Below are positions 31,978 through 43,662 of a DNA stretch of 64,000 nt, piece by piece. Numbering within the stretch: the first letter of the stretch is position 1; each line of letters starts with the position of its first letter. Both the position numbers and the translations under genes were made by a program. The DNA comes from Eledone cirrhosa (lineage: Eukaryota): positions 116,250,001 to 116,314,000 of the forward strand of contig OZ024741.1 of assembly GCA_964016885.1 (NCBI GenBank), read 5' to 3'. Below the pieces are notes generated by a model. It was not told the origin of the DNA and made no database searches. It worked only from the letters and a program-made list of their open reading frames with translations.

Positions 31978-32698
31978 ATATATATATTATATATAATATA
32001 TATATATATATATTATTATATATAATATATATATATATATATTATTATATATAATATATATATATATATATTATTATATATAATATATATATATATATAT
32101 TATTATATATAATATATATATATATTATTATATATAATATATATATATATATATTATTATATATAATATATATATATATATATTATTATATATAATATAT
32201 ATATATATATATTATTATATATAATATATATATATATATTATTATATATAATATATATATATAATATATATAATTATATATAATATATATAATTATATAT
32301 ATATATATATATATATTATTATATATAATATATATATATATTATTATATATAATATATATATATATATATTATATATAATATATATATATATTATTATAT
32401 AGAATATATATATATATATATATATTATTATATATAATATATATATATATATATATATTATGATATATAATATATATATATATATTATTATATATAATAT
32501 ATATATATATATTATTATATATAATATATATATATATTATTATATATAATATATATATATATATATATATTATTATATATAATATATATATATATATATA
32601 TATTATGATATATAATATATATATATATATTATTATATATAATATATATATATATATATTATTATATATAATATATATATATATTATTATATATATAT

Positions 32699-32745
<47 letters not shown>

Positions 32746-33067
32746 TATATTATTCAAATCCCGCCAAGATTAACTTTGCTTTCATCCTTACGGGGTCGAT
32801 AAAATAAAGTACCAGTAATGCACTGGTTAATTGCTGGCCTTGTGCCTAAAGTAGAAACAATTATTATATATAATATATATATATTATATATAATATATAT
32901 ATATTATATATAATATATATAATATATATATATATTATATATAATATATATATATATTATATATAATATATAATATATATATATTATTATATATAATATA
33001 TATATATTATTATATATAATATATATATATTATTATATATAATATATATATATATATATTATATTAT

Positions 33068-33099
<32 letters not shown>

Positions 33100-33100
33100 T
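31372..33100. repeat. AT-only array, interrupted by a Meta-like SINE fragment at 32753-32862 (+)
   Basis: Direct; the fragment reads TTCAAATCCCGCC..TTTCATCCTTACGGGGTCGATAAAATAAAGTACCAG. Confidence 0.9.
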
Positions 33101-33347
33101 ATCATCATCACCGTTTTACGTTCGTTCTTCCACGCTAGCATGGGTTAGACGGGTTGTCCTGTTGTGGGCAGTGTCTGGTCGGCTGACCATGCCTTGCTCA
33201 TACAGGAACTGATTTGGCTTGATTTCTACAGCTGGATGCCCTTCCTAACACCAACCTCATTTACAGTGAGTGCTGGGTGCTTTTTCGTGGCGCCTACACG
33301 TCCACTTTACAGTGTGGGCTGGGTGCTTTTTTGCCGTGGCACCTCCA
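33101..33347 (-). mobile_element. 3' half of SINE with the alternative RTE tail
   Basis: Reverse complement of the 4880-5092 type sequence. Confidence 0.7.
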
Positions 33348-33486
33348 TATATTTTATTATATATAATATATATATATATATTATTATATATAATATATAT
33401 ATATATACATATATTATATATAATATATATATATATATATTATTATATATAATATATATATATACATATATTATATATAATATATA

Positions 33487-34478
33487 TAGTAATAATAATA
33501 AAATTGAAGACTAAAATCCAGAGAGGGCTCGATAAGGAAAATATATATCAAATATATAAGAACCGGAGAGCAAATATTTATTAAAATAACAGATTAAAGT
33601 TTAAGCAAAGAATCGCTGCTTTCACCTTTAACGGGATCTTCTGAAACTAACAAAGTCAATCTGTAAACGCAGAACTGGATATTTCAAAAAACGTTGCAAC
33701 CGGAGGAAGACAGGAAGACGATACTTTGGTTCATGGTGACGTTCACTGGCAAAGAACGGGAAAAAACGAATAATACGTCATTAATAGGAGCGGTGAAAAA
33801 CAATTACGTGCAAGGACAGAACCACGTTTATGGTATAAAAGAGGTCGTAGACTAATGTTCTCTAAGTGGTGCATAGAGACGTTCTCTGGCAATGAACGAA
33901 AAAACGAAGATAATAAGTCATATGTGGAGCGTGGAGAACAATAGCGTGCAAAGACAAAACCACGTAAATGGTATAGCAGAAGTCGTAGACTAAAATTCTA
34001 ACTAGGAGACCGAATTAAACTCTGTAGCGGAGATTAATTCGGTCTCCTAGTTAGAATTTTAGTCTACAACTTCCGCTATACCATTTACGTGGTTTTGTCT
34101 TTGCACGCTATTGTTCTCCACGCTCCACATATGACTTATTATCTTCGTTTTTTCGTTCATTGCCAGAGAACGTCTCTATGCACCCCTTAGAGAACATTAA
34201 TCTACGACCTCTTTTATACCATAAACGTGGTTCTGTCTTTGCGCGTAATTGTTTTTCACCGCTCCTATTAATGACGTATTATTCGTTTTTTCCCTTTCTT
34301 TGCCAGCGAACGTTACCACGAACCAAAGTATCGTCTTCCTGTCTTCCTCCGGTTGCAACGTTTTTTGAAATATCCAGTTCTGCGTTTACAGATTGACTTT
34401 GTTAGTTTCAGAAGATCCCGTTAAGGGTGAAGGCAGCGATTCTTTGCTTAAACTTTAATCTGTTATTTTAATAAATAT
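33487..34478. mobile_element. Long fold-back element: ~450-bp inverted arms (33574-34478, centre ~34026) plus an unpaired tail; probably Penelope-like pLTR-derived
   Basis: Arms align by eye with scattered mismatches; each arm has a 140-bp internal tandem duplication; flanked by (TA)n. Confidence 0.75.
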
Positions 34479-34496
34479 AATATATATATATATATG

Positions 34497-34811
34497 GAGG
34501 CATGTGGCTTAGTCGTTAGAGCATTGGCCTTGCAATCGAAAGGTTGTGAGTTCAATTCTCAGACCGGGTGATGTGTTGTTTCCGTGAGCAAGACACTTTA
34601 TTTCACATTGCTCCAGTTTACTCAGCTGTAGAAATGAGATGATAGGGACTGCAAAGTGGTCGTGGCGGTGCCACGGCAAAAAAGCACTCACTGTAAATGA
34701 GGTTGGTGTTAGAAAGGGCATCCAGCTGTAGAAATCAAGCCAGAATCAGTTCCCGTCCCACCCTTGCAAGCAGGGAAAAGTGGACGTAAAATGAAATGAT
34801 GAATGATGATA
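34497..34811 (+). mobile_element. CORE-type tRNA-SINE with RTE-B tail
   Basis: A/B boxes, CORE-like domain, tail. Confidence 0.8.
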
Positions 34812-34884
34812 TATATATATTATTATATATAATATATATATATATATTATATATTATATATAATATATATAATATACATATATA

Positions 34885-37800
34885 TCATCATCATCATCAT
34901 CATCATCAACGTTTAACGTCCGTGTTCCACGCTTGCATGGGTTTGGACGGGGGTAGTCCCACTTGAGGCAAGAGTGATTGTCTTGCTCGCATAGGACTGT
35001 CTGGCAGGTTTTCTACAGTTGGATGCCCTTCCTAACACCAACCACATTTACAGTGTGGGTCTGGGAGGTTTTTACCGTGTTGCCTACACGGCCACATTAC
35101 AGCGTGGACTGTGTGTTTTTTTGTCGTGACACCTACACGATCTCATTTGTTTCGGCCTCGATGGCGCGGCACCAACATAACTTTACATAGAACGGGGTGG
35201 TGTGGATCGGGTGGGGGTGGGGGTGGTGGGACGGGGTGTATTTTGTTAGAGATGCCTACTGGCTGGAGTAGGTTTTACTATATATTTAGGTAAGGCGGGT
35301 CTTCTCTGTTACTGAGTACCGCCAAAGGTCTCGGTCCAGTGACATTGTCTTGGAGAGGTGTAAGTGTGTGATGTCGGAGTTTATCAGCTCGTCCCAGGTT
35401 TTTCTAGGTCTGCCTATTCCGTGACTACCGTCTATCTTTATTGCCCTGCACTTTGTTATACAGCTATCGACTTTCATGCGCATCACGTGTCCATACCAAC
35501 GTAGCCTTCTCTCGAGTAAACAACATCTGATCCCTCTTATCTCTAATTTATTCCTTAGTTCGTTTATGCTTTGCCGTTCACGTATATTACTGTTACACAT
35601 CCAGCGGAGCATGCAAGCTTCGTTCCTCTCTAGTCTGCGTATATCCTCTGCACACAATGCCCAGGTCTCACTGCCATGCAGCATTGCTGTTCGTATGCAG
35701 GCATCGTACAACCTGCCTTTCATTTTTAGTGAGAACCCTTTAGCAGCTAATAGTGGTATAAGCTCTCTGAACTTTTTCCAACCAGTTCTGACTCTAGCTA
35801 CAGTACTTTCAGAGCACCCTCCCCCACTGCTGATTTTATCGCCCAGGTAACGGAAGCTGTCCACTATTTCTATAGAACCCTCTGCGCAATTGAAAGAGCT
35901 AGTAGTTTGTGGGCACTTGCTGCTACTTATTGCACCAGAGCACCGGCCACATGTAAAATCTATGTTCTTAGTTAGCTTACCTGTGATCCCACTACATCTT
36001 TTATGCACCCATACTTTGCATTTAGGACATAAAATGGAGTTTCTACCTACGCCTTTCCTACACACCGAGCACGACCATTTCCCCGAAGGGACCGCCGCCT
36101 TGTTTTCTTTCCTACAAACTAGTACTTTGGTCTTAGCCAGGTTAATTTTAAGTCCTTTTGACTCTAGGCCGTGCTTCCATGTTTGGAATTTCTTCTCTAG
36201 CTCGGCCATTGATTCCGCTATGAGTGTCAGGTCGTCTGCGTATAGGAGTTCCCATGGGCAGCCTGTCTTGAACTCCTCTGTTATAGCCTGAAGGGCAATA
36301 ATAAATAGTAGTGGACTGAGAACAGAGCCCTGATGGACGCCGACTTTTACGCTAAACTCTTCACTATATTCGTTGTTAATTCTAACCTTGCTGACTGTTT
36401 CTTTATACATGGCTTGTATAGCCCTCACAAGCCATTCGTCAACGCCTAGTTTTCTAAGAGCCCACCAGATAATGGAGCGGGGGACTCTGTCGAAGGCTTT
36501 CTCCAAGTCGACAAAAGCTAAGTAGAGGGGTTTACCTTTAGCTAGGTACTTCTCCTGTAGTTGTCGTACTATGAAAAGAGCGTCTGTGGTACTTTTGCCT
36601 GACACAAACCCGAACTGCATTTCATCTAGGTCAATTCTCTCTCTGATTAGTTGCGCTATTACTCTTTCCGTGACCTTCATGACCTGGTCGATTAATTTAA
36701 TGCCTCTATAGTTACTCCTATCTAGGGCGTCTCCTTTACCCTTATAACAGTTAACGATGATGCTGCTATGCCAGTCCTTCGGAACAACCCCGTTCTGTAC
36801 GACTTGGTTAACTATGCGGGTGACCATGGTGTGTCCCACCGTGCCAGATGCCTTCAGCATCTCAGCAACTATTTCCGAAGGCCCAGCCGCCTTACCAGTC
36901 TTCATATCCTTGATTGCCTTACTTATTATACTCCCCTCGACTAACACTGCTGGTCCCTCTATTGGGTCGATATGGGGGAGACTGCCTTTCTCCCAATTAT
37001 TCTCCTCATTTAGAAGCCTTTCATAGTGACACTTCCAAGCTACCTTCTTATCAGCGTCGGTGATGGCAAGTGTGCCATCGTCGTTTAGTACACACTTCTC
37101 CCCGACAATATCACGGTTTTCCTTGACGCATTGCCTAGCAATCCTGAACACCTCACGTTTTTGGTCATCGCGTTGTAGAACATGCTTGAACTTTCTTTCC
37201 TCAGCTTCCCTTCTTGCTAAGTACACTTGTCTCCTAGCTTCCCTCCTGGCCACTTGATAGTCCTCTCTACTTCCCCCATCCCGCCATACTTTCCAAGCCT
37301 GCTTTTTGGCCTTAATTGACCCCTCCACCTTACTGTTCCACCACCATGTTACTCTCCTCCTGCCTACAGGCCTGCTCCAGCCACAGACCTCGTCTGTCGC
37401 CAACAGCAGGTTTGCTTTCAGAAATTCCCACTCTCCCTCTATATTGTCCGACTCTAAATGTTCTTCCTTACTGTCGAAAGCATCAAGTAATATGCTTTGA
37501 AATTTATTCCTGGCTGTGGGGTCCTTTAGCTTCCATATTTTCCTCCTGAGGATAGTCCTCTTCTGTTGTCGAGTACGTCTCGTCCTGACTATGAGGTCGC
37601 TAATTATCAGTCTATGTTGGGAGGTGCATTCTTCATGGGGGAGGGATTTAGTGTTAACAACAGACACTCTGTCACGTCTTCTGGTAAGGATATAATCTAC
37701 CTGGCTTGTGTGTTCCCCGGATCTATAGGTGATCAGGTGATTGTCACGTTTTTTGAAGTTAGTGTTACAGATAGTTAGGTTATTTGCATCACAGAATTCC

Positions 37801-38945
37801 AGGATTCTGGAGCCTTCCTCATTTCTAGTACCAAACCCATAGCCTCCATGGATTTCGTCGTAGCCGTCACAATGTTGTCCAACGTGACCATTTAGGTCGC
37901 CTGCGATAATTATATAGTCACTGTCGGATATTTGGGAGGTAGTTAGCATCAGTGTCTCATAGAATCTGTCTTTTATAGTGCCGGGCAGTCCGGATTGGGG
38001 TGCGTACGCAGATATTACTGTCACCGTAGTTCTATTGAGGACAAGTCGTATTTTAATTATTCTGTCGTTCACTCTATTTACGTCTATTATCTTATCTGCC
38101 CACTTTTCTGCTACCATGATTCCTACTCCACCCAGCCCATCGTCGTTTCCCACCCAGAAAAGCTTATAACAACGTTTTTTACCCTCAATGAACCTAGCAG
38201 ACCCACCCCTCCACCTGGTCTCTTGAATACAACAAGCATCGACCTCCTTACGTTCAAGCATTTCTACAACCTCGTTAGCGCGACCCTTTAGGGTGCCTAC
38301 ATTTATGGTACCAACTCTGAAGTTTTGGATCGCGTTTGGGGGTTGGGGGCGGTGAGGGGCGGGGGGCGATGGGGTTATGTTAGCCGTCCGCGGTCGAAAC
38401 AATGAGGAGTGCTCGCATTCTCGTCCAAGGGGTGAATTTGTCTTTATCTTTGGCATTGTCGCTGAGCGTCCAGATTTTTCTCTCTCACCTCCACTCTCCA
38501 GGATTCCGCAGTCCATCCATCCATCATATATCGTATATCGAAAGGCAACCAGGCAAGCGATAGTATAGGCCTCTGGTTTCTGATTGGTCCGCGTAGTAAT
38601 ACTGGTGATGCGTGGGGGCTCTGTTTTATGATTGGTCCACGTAATAGCAATGGTGGTGTGTGGGGGTGGGAGGGAGGGGTGTTGGGTAGCTAGCAAGAAG
38701 GTAATGATTGATAGGGGTCCATGCATGTAACAAGCGATTAACAAAAATACAAAATTTGTTCTGTTAAATACGTCCAAAAACCTAAACGTATTTAGCACTT
38801 AATAGAAACAGAAAATGTAGTTTGTTTTAGCGATAGATTGGCTATTTGGACTTGCTACGAAATATGGATTGTTTTGAAAATACGCTAGGAGAGAGAGAGA
38901 GAGAGATGAAGTCTGTACATTACGTTTACATGAGTTTCGTTTGGA
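34885..38945 (-). mobile_element. Apparently full-length RTE-A LINE (5'UTR ~38945-38457, ORF, 3'UTR, (GAT)n tail)
   Basis: 5'UTR co-linear with 20903-21410; uninterrupted ORF. Confidence 0.9.
35286..38456 (-). CDS. RTE-clade LINE protein: AP endonuclease + reverse transcriptase with internal PHD-type finger (1056 aa from MPKIK)
   Basis: GTINVGTL, CIQETRW, SAYAPQ, GDLN, SQH; YRGI, DLEKAFD, GVHQG, YADD, FRYLG; ATG position shared with the 20902 copy. Confidence 0.88.
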   Translation of the reverse strand: MPKIKTNSPLGRECEHSSLFRPRTANITPSPPAPHRPQPPNAIQNFRVGTINVGTLKGRANEVVEMLERKEVDACCIQETRWRGGSARFIEGKKRCYKLFWVGNDDGLGGVGIMVAEKWADKIIDVNRVNDRIIKIRLVLNRTTVTVISAYAPQSGLPGTIKDRFYETLMLTTSQISDSDYIIIAGDLNGHVGQHCDGYDEIHGGYGFGTRNEEGSRILEFCDANNLTICNTNFKKRDNHLITYRSGEHTSQVDYILTRRRDRVSVVNTKSLPHEECTSQHRLIISDLIVRTRRTRQQKRTILRRKIWKLKDPTARNKFQSILLDAFDSKEEHLESDNIEGEWEFLKANLLLATDEVCGWSRPVGRRRVTWWWNSKVEGSIKAKKQAWKVWRDGGSREDYQVARREARRQVYLARREAEERKFKHVLQRDDQKREVFRIARQCVKENRDIVGEKCVLNDDGTLAITDADKKVAWKCHYERLLNEENNWEKGSLPHIDPIEGPAVLVEGSIISKAIKDMKTGKAAGPSEIVAEMLKASGTVGHTMVTRIVNQVVQNGVVPKDWHSSIIVNCYKGKGDALDRSNYRGIKLIDQVMKVTERVIAQLIRERIDLDEMQFGFVSGKSTTDALFIVRQLQEKYLAKGKPLYLAFVDLEKAFDRVPRSIIWWALRKLGVDEWLVRAIQAMYKETVSKVRINNEYSEEFSVKVGVHQGSVLSPLLFIIALQAITEEFKTGCPWELLYADDLTLIAESMAELEKKFQTWKHGLESKGLKINLAKTKVLVCRKENKAAVPSGKWSCSVCRKGVGRNSILCPKCKVWVHKRCSGITGKLTKNIDFTCGRCSGAISSSKCPQTTSSFNCAEGSIEIVDSFRYLGDKISSGGGCSESTVARVRTGWKKFRELIPLLAAKGFSLKMKGRLYDACIRTAMLHGSETWALCAEDIRRLERNEACMLRWMCNSNIRERQSINELRNKLEIRGIRCCLLERRLRWYGHVMRMKVDSCITKCRAIKIDGSHGIGRPRKTWDELINSDITHLHLSKTMSLDRDLWRYSVTEKTRLT

Positions 38946-39060
38946 CAGCAGGCAATGAAATGAAATTTATTATATATAATATACATATATATATTATATA
39001 TAATATATATTATATATAATAATTATATATGATATTACATATTATATATAATATATATGT

Positions 39061-39378
39061 GGCGGCACATGGCTTAGTGGTTAGAGAATTGGCCTTGCAA
39101 TCGAAAGGTTGTGAGTTCAATTCTCAGACCGGGTGATGTGTTGTTTCTTTGAGCAAGACAGTTTACTCAGAAATGGTGGGGGTGCCACGGCAAAAAAGCA
39201 CCCAGCCCACACTGTAAAGTGGACGTGTAGGCGCCACAGAAAAAAAGCACCCAGCACTCACTGTAAATGAGGTTGGTGTTAGGAAGGGCATCCAGCTGTA
39301 GAAATCAAGCCAGAATCAGTTCCCGTCCCACCCTTGCAAGCAGGGAAAAGCGGACTTTAAATGAAATGATGATGATGA
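39061..39378 (+). mobile_element. CORE-type SINE, internally deleted, RTE-B tail
   Basis: Head and tail motifs present; CORE domain shortened. Confidence 0.7.
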
Positions 39379-39539
39379 TATATATATATTATATATAATA
39401 TATATATTATTATATATAATATATATAATATATATATATAATATATATAATATATATATATAATATATATAATATATATATATAATAATATATATATATA
39501 ATAATAAAATATATATATATAATAATATATATATATAAT

Positions 39540-39792
39540 AATAAATGAGGTTGTGTAGGGGTCACGACAAAAAAAACACACAGTCCACGCTGCAATGTGG
39601 CCGTGTAGGTAACACGGTAAAAACCTCCCAGTCCACACGGTAAAAGTGGTTGGTGTTAGGAAGGGCATCCAGCCGTTGAAAACCCGCCAGACAGTCCTAT
39701 ACAAGCAAGACAACCAATCTTGCCTGAAGTGGGAAAATACCCGTCCAAACCCATGCAAGCGTGGAAGATGGACGTTAAACGATGATGATGAT
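39540..39792 (+). mobile_element. RTE-A-type 3'UTR fragment
   Basis: Matches 23945-24310 (single unit). Confidence 0.75.
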
Positions 39793-40004
39793 ATATATAT
39801 AATATATATATATATAATATATATATATAATATAAATATAAATATATATAATATATATAATATAAATATATATAATATATATATAATATATATATATATA
39901 TAATATATATATAATATATATATATCTATATAATATATATATCTATATAATATATATATAATATATATATAATATATATATAATATATATAATATATATA
40001 TATA

Positions 40005-40172
40005 TGAAGTAATTCCGTCAGAAAGGTCCAAGAAAAATGAGTGCTCTATGTAGGTTACAGAGCTTAATAGTTAAATAATAAACAACATAAGATAATTATT
40101 TCATTTACCAATGCTTTCAAGAAACCACTGGTAAATAAAATAATTATCTTATGTTGTTTATTACATAACTAT
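40005..40172. mobile_element. Short fold-back element in (TA)n
   Basis: aaacaacataagataattatttcatttacca / tggtaaataaaataattatcttatgttgttt inverted arms. Confidence 0.55.
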
Positions 40173-40244
40173 ATATAATATATATATATTATATATATCA
40201 TCATCATCATCATCGTTTAACGTCCATCTTCTCTGGAGAGTGGG

Positions 40245-40507
40245 GTGGTGGTGGGGAACGACGTTTCGGGCATAAGCCCTTCCTAAAGGTAAAAACACAG
40301 GCAATCGTGAACAAAAAATCATAGAAATAAAATTGTAAGAACACAGGCAAAGAATCATATACGGAAATAAATAAGTACAGTAACAAAATCAAACAAAGGT
40401 AATGCGTGGAAGGAAAGACCAAGTGTGGGAAGGTGTGTAAAGTTCGGAGAATGGTCACGGCAGATTAGATCGGGGTTGAGCCGGTAGTTAAGTTATGTTC
40501 CAAAGGA
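40245..40507 (-). mobile_element. Penelope-like pLTR fragment with degenerate hammerhead
   Basis: Minus strand CTTTAGGA-AGGGC-TTAT-GCCC-GAAACGTCG; stem II intact, 5' core decayed. Confidence 0.45.
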
Positions 40508-40647
40508 TATATATATATATATTATATTATTATATATATATAATATACATATATATATTATATTATTATATATAATATATATATATATATTATATATATA
40601 TATTATATATATATAATATATATATATAATATATAATATATAATATA

Positions 40648-43088
40648 TAGTTAGGCAGCGGGACAGGCAGATAGTGTCTAATACCAAGGCATACCCTGGG
40701 GAAGAATGTACCCTACAGCATAGGTTAGTTGTTAGTGATATCTCAGTAAGCAAGAGATGGAATGAGACATATAGGAAGGTGTGGAGAAGAAAGGTCTGGA
40801 AGCTAAAAGACCTTTCACTAAAATACAAATTTAGGAAAGCCCTTCAAGATGTATATGACGAAAAAGAAGACGATTTAGAGACGTATGACATAGATAATAA
40901 CTGGAAGTTCTTACGTGACAACTTGCTGCAGGCTACTGATGAAACCTGTGGCTGGAGCAGAGCTCCAACCAGACAGAGAGTGACCTGGTGGTGGAACAGC
41001 AGTGTAGATAAGGCTATTAGAGACAAAAGACTAGCATGGAAGGCTTGGAAAAAGGGTGGGAGTAGGGAAGAATATACAGCCACTAAGAGAGAAGCTAGAC
41101 GTCAGGTGTACTTAGCACGCAGGGAGGCAGAGAGTAGAAGGTTTGCCAATGTTCTGCGACGGGAAGATCAGAGGCGTGCGGTGTTCCACATTGCAAGGCA
41201 GTGTGTCAATGCACATCAGGATGTTGTTGGAGATAAATGTGTCCAGGATGATGCCGGTGTACTTAGTGTCATGAATGATCAGAAAAAGGAGGCCTGGAAA
41301 TGTCATTATGAGAGACTGACGAATGTGGAGAACGAATGGGAGAGAGAGAAATTACCCTTGGTAGATCCGACAGAGGGACCAGCTATTGAGATTGACGAAT
41401 ATAGGGTCCAAGAGGCGATTAGGGAAATGAAAAATGGTAAGGCGGCCGGACCATCGGGAATAGTTGCTGAGATGCTGAAGGCATCAGGGGACGTAGGCAC
41501 TAAACTGGTTGCACGCATCATCAATCAGGCTATATATGGTGGTGTCAAACTCAAAGACTGGTGCAGCAGTATTCTCATAAATTGCTACAAAGGTAAAGGG
41601 GATGCTTTGGAGAGGAGCAATTATAGGGGTATAAAACTGATAGATCAGGTTATGAAAGTGGCAGAAAGGATTTTAGCACAACTAATTAGAGAAAGGGTCA
41701 AACTAGATGAGATGCAGTTTGGTTTTGTGCCTGGGAAGAGTACAACAGATGCCCTCTTCTTGGTGAGACAAATGCAAGAGAGGTTCTTAGAGAAGAATAA
41801 GCCACTATACTTAGCCTTTGTTGACCTAGAGAAGGCCTTTGATAGAGTACCCCGATCTGTCATCTGGTGGTCCCTAAGGAAGCTAGGTGTTGAGGAATGG
41901 CTTGTGAGGACAGTGCAAACTTTGTACAGAGGTACTCTCAGTAAAGTCAGGGTAGGAATGGAGTTTAGTGAGGAATTCCAGATAAAAGTAGGAGTACATC
42001 AGGGTTCGGTCCTCAGCCCGCTCTTGTTCATTATAGTCCTCCAAGCCATAACAGAGGAGTTTAAGACTGGCTGTCCATGGGAACTTCTCTATGCTGACGA
42101 TCTGGTTCTTATAGCAGAATCAGTAGAGGAGCTAGAGAATAAATTCTGGCTATGGAAACAGCAGTTGGAAGCAAGAGGACTGAGAGTGAATCTAGCTAAG
42201 ACAAAAGTGTTGATGAGTAGAAAAGAGGACAAAACCCTGATTCCGTCAGGGAAATGGCCATATTCGATATGCAGAAAAGGAACTGGCATAAATTCTATAA
42301 AATGCACACAATGCAGATCCTGGGTACACAAGAGATGTAGCGGGATAGCAGGCAAACTAACAGGTAGGGAGAAATATGTATGCAGTAGATGTACAGGGAA
42401 ATTAGACAGTAGAAGTCGCACTGATAGACACATTTTTCAAATGCAAGAGGGCGCTATAGAAGTGGTGGATAGCTTCCGGTACCTAGGAGATCAGATTAGC
42501 ATGGGAGGAGGGTGTTCCGAGGCCATAGTATCTAGAATAAGGACGGGTTGGAAGAAGTTTAGGGAGCTGCTTCCTCTGTTGACAAAGAAGGGTTTCTCCC
42601 TGCGTACGAAAGGCCGGTTGTATGATGCCTGTGTGAGGAGCGCGATGCTGCATGGTAGTGAGACATGGGCAGCAACTGCAGAGGATATGCGACGGCTGGA
42701 GAGAAATGAGGCAAGCATGCTCCGTTGGATGTGCAGTGTAAATGTGCGTGAACGACCCAGCATAAATGTGTTGAGAGAGAAACTGTGTCTGAGAGGGATA
42801 GAATGTAGTGTACGGGAGAGGAGACTGAGGTGGTATGGACATGTGATGCGCATGGAGGATGACCGATGGGTGAAGAAGTGCCAGGAAATGCCAGTTGAAG
42901 GAAGACGTGGTAGAGGTAGACCACGAAAAACATGGGCGGAGGTGGTGAGAACAGACCTCAGATCATTGAAGCTCACGGTGGAGATGACGAGGGACCGTGA
43001 CGAGTGGAGAGATGCTGTGCTGAATAAGACCCATCCCACCCTTGCAAGCAGGGAAAAGCGGACGTAAAATGATGGTGATGATGATGAT
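40648..43088 (+). mobile_element. RTE-B LINE, 5'-truncated in the endonuclease; ORF open to 43067
   Basis: LQHRLVV, YRGI, DLEKAFD, YADD, PHD-like finger (first Cys to Tyr), FRYLG; the ORF stop lies in the terminal tail. Confidence 0.92.
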
Positions 43089-43107
43089 TATATATATATA
43101 ATATATT

Positions 43108-43305
43108 GAGTAGGTAACACGATAAAAAGTTCCCAGTCCACACTGTAAATGTGGTTGGTGTTAGGAAGGGCATCCAACCTTACAAAATCTGCCAGATAGT
43201 CCTAAACGAGCGAGACACGGTCACCCGACCAATCTTGCCTTAAGTGGGACAACTCCCATCTAACCCATGCTTGCGTGGAAGATAGACGTTAAAAGGTGAT
43301 AATGA

Positions 43306-43308
<3 letters not shown>
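43108..43308 (+). mobile_element. RTE-tail SINE / 3'UTR fragment
   Basis: GGTTGGTGTTAGGAAGGGCATCC ... CCCATGCTTGCGTGGAAGATAGACGTTAAA. Confidence 0.7.
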
Positions 43309-43350
<42 letters not shown>

Positions 43351-43413
43351 TTATTATACAATACACTATTATTATACAATATATATAATATATTATATTA
43401 TTATATAAATATA

Positions 43414-43662
43414 TCATCATTCATCATCATCATTTCATTTTACGTCCGCTTTTTCCCTGCTTGCAAGGGTGGGACGGGAACTGATGCCGGCTTGATTTCT
43501 ACAGCCAGATGCCCTTCCTAACACCAACCTCATTTACAGTGAGTGCTGGTTGCTTTTTTGCCGTGGCACCTCCACGACCACTTTGCAGTGGAATGATATG
43601 GACCCCAGTCCCTATCATCTCATTTCTACAGCTGAGTAAACTGGAGCAATGTGAAATAAAGT
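43414..43662 (-). mobile_element. Partial CORE-type SINE with RTE-B tail
   Basis: Same motifs as 3887-4110. Confidence 0.75.

Noticed and set aside
38457-38798. 114-aa N-terminal extension of the RTE-A ORF
   Set aside because: Not preserved in the sister copy, whose ORF starts at the homologous MPK; treated as 5'UTR
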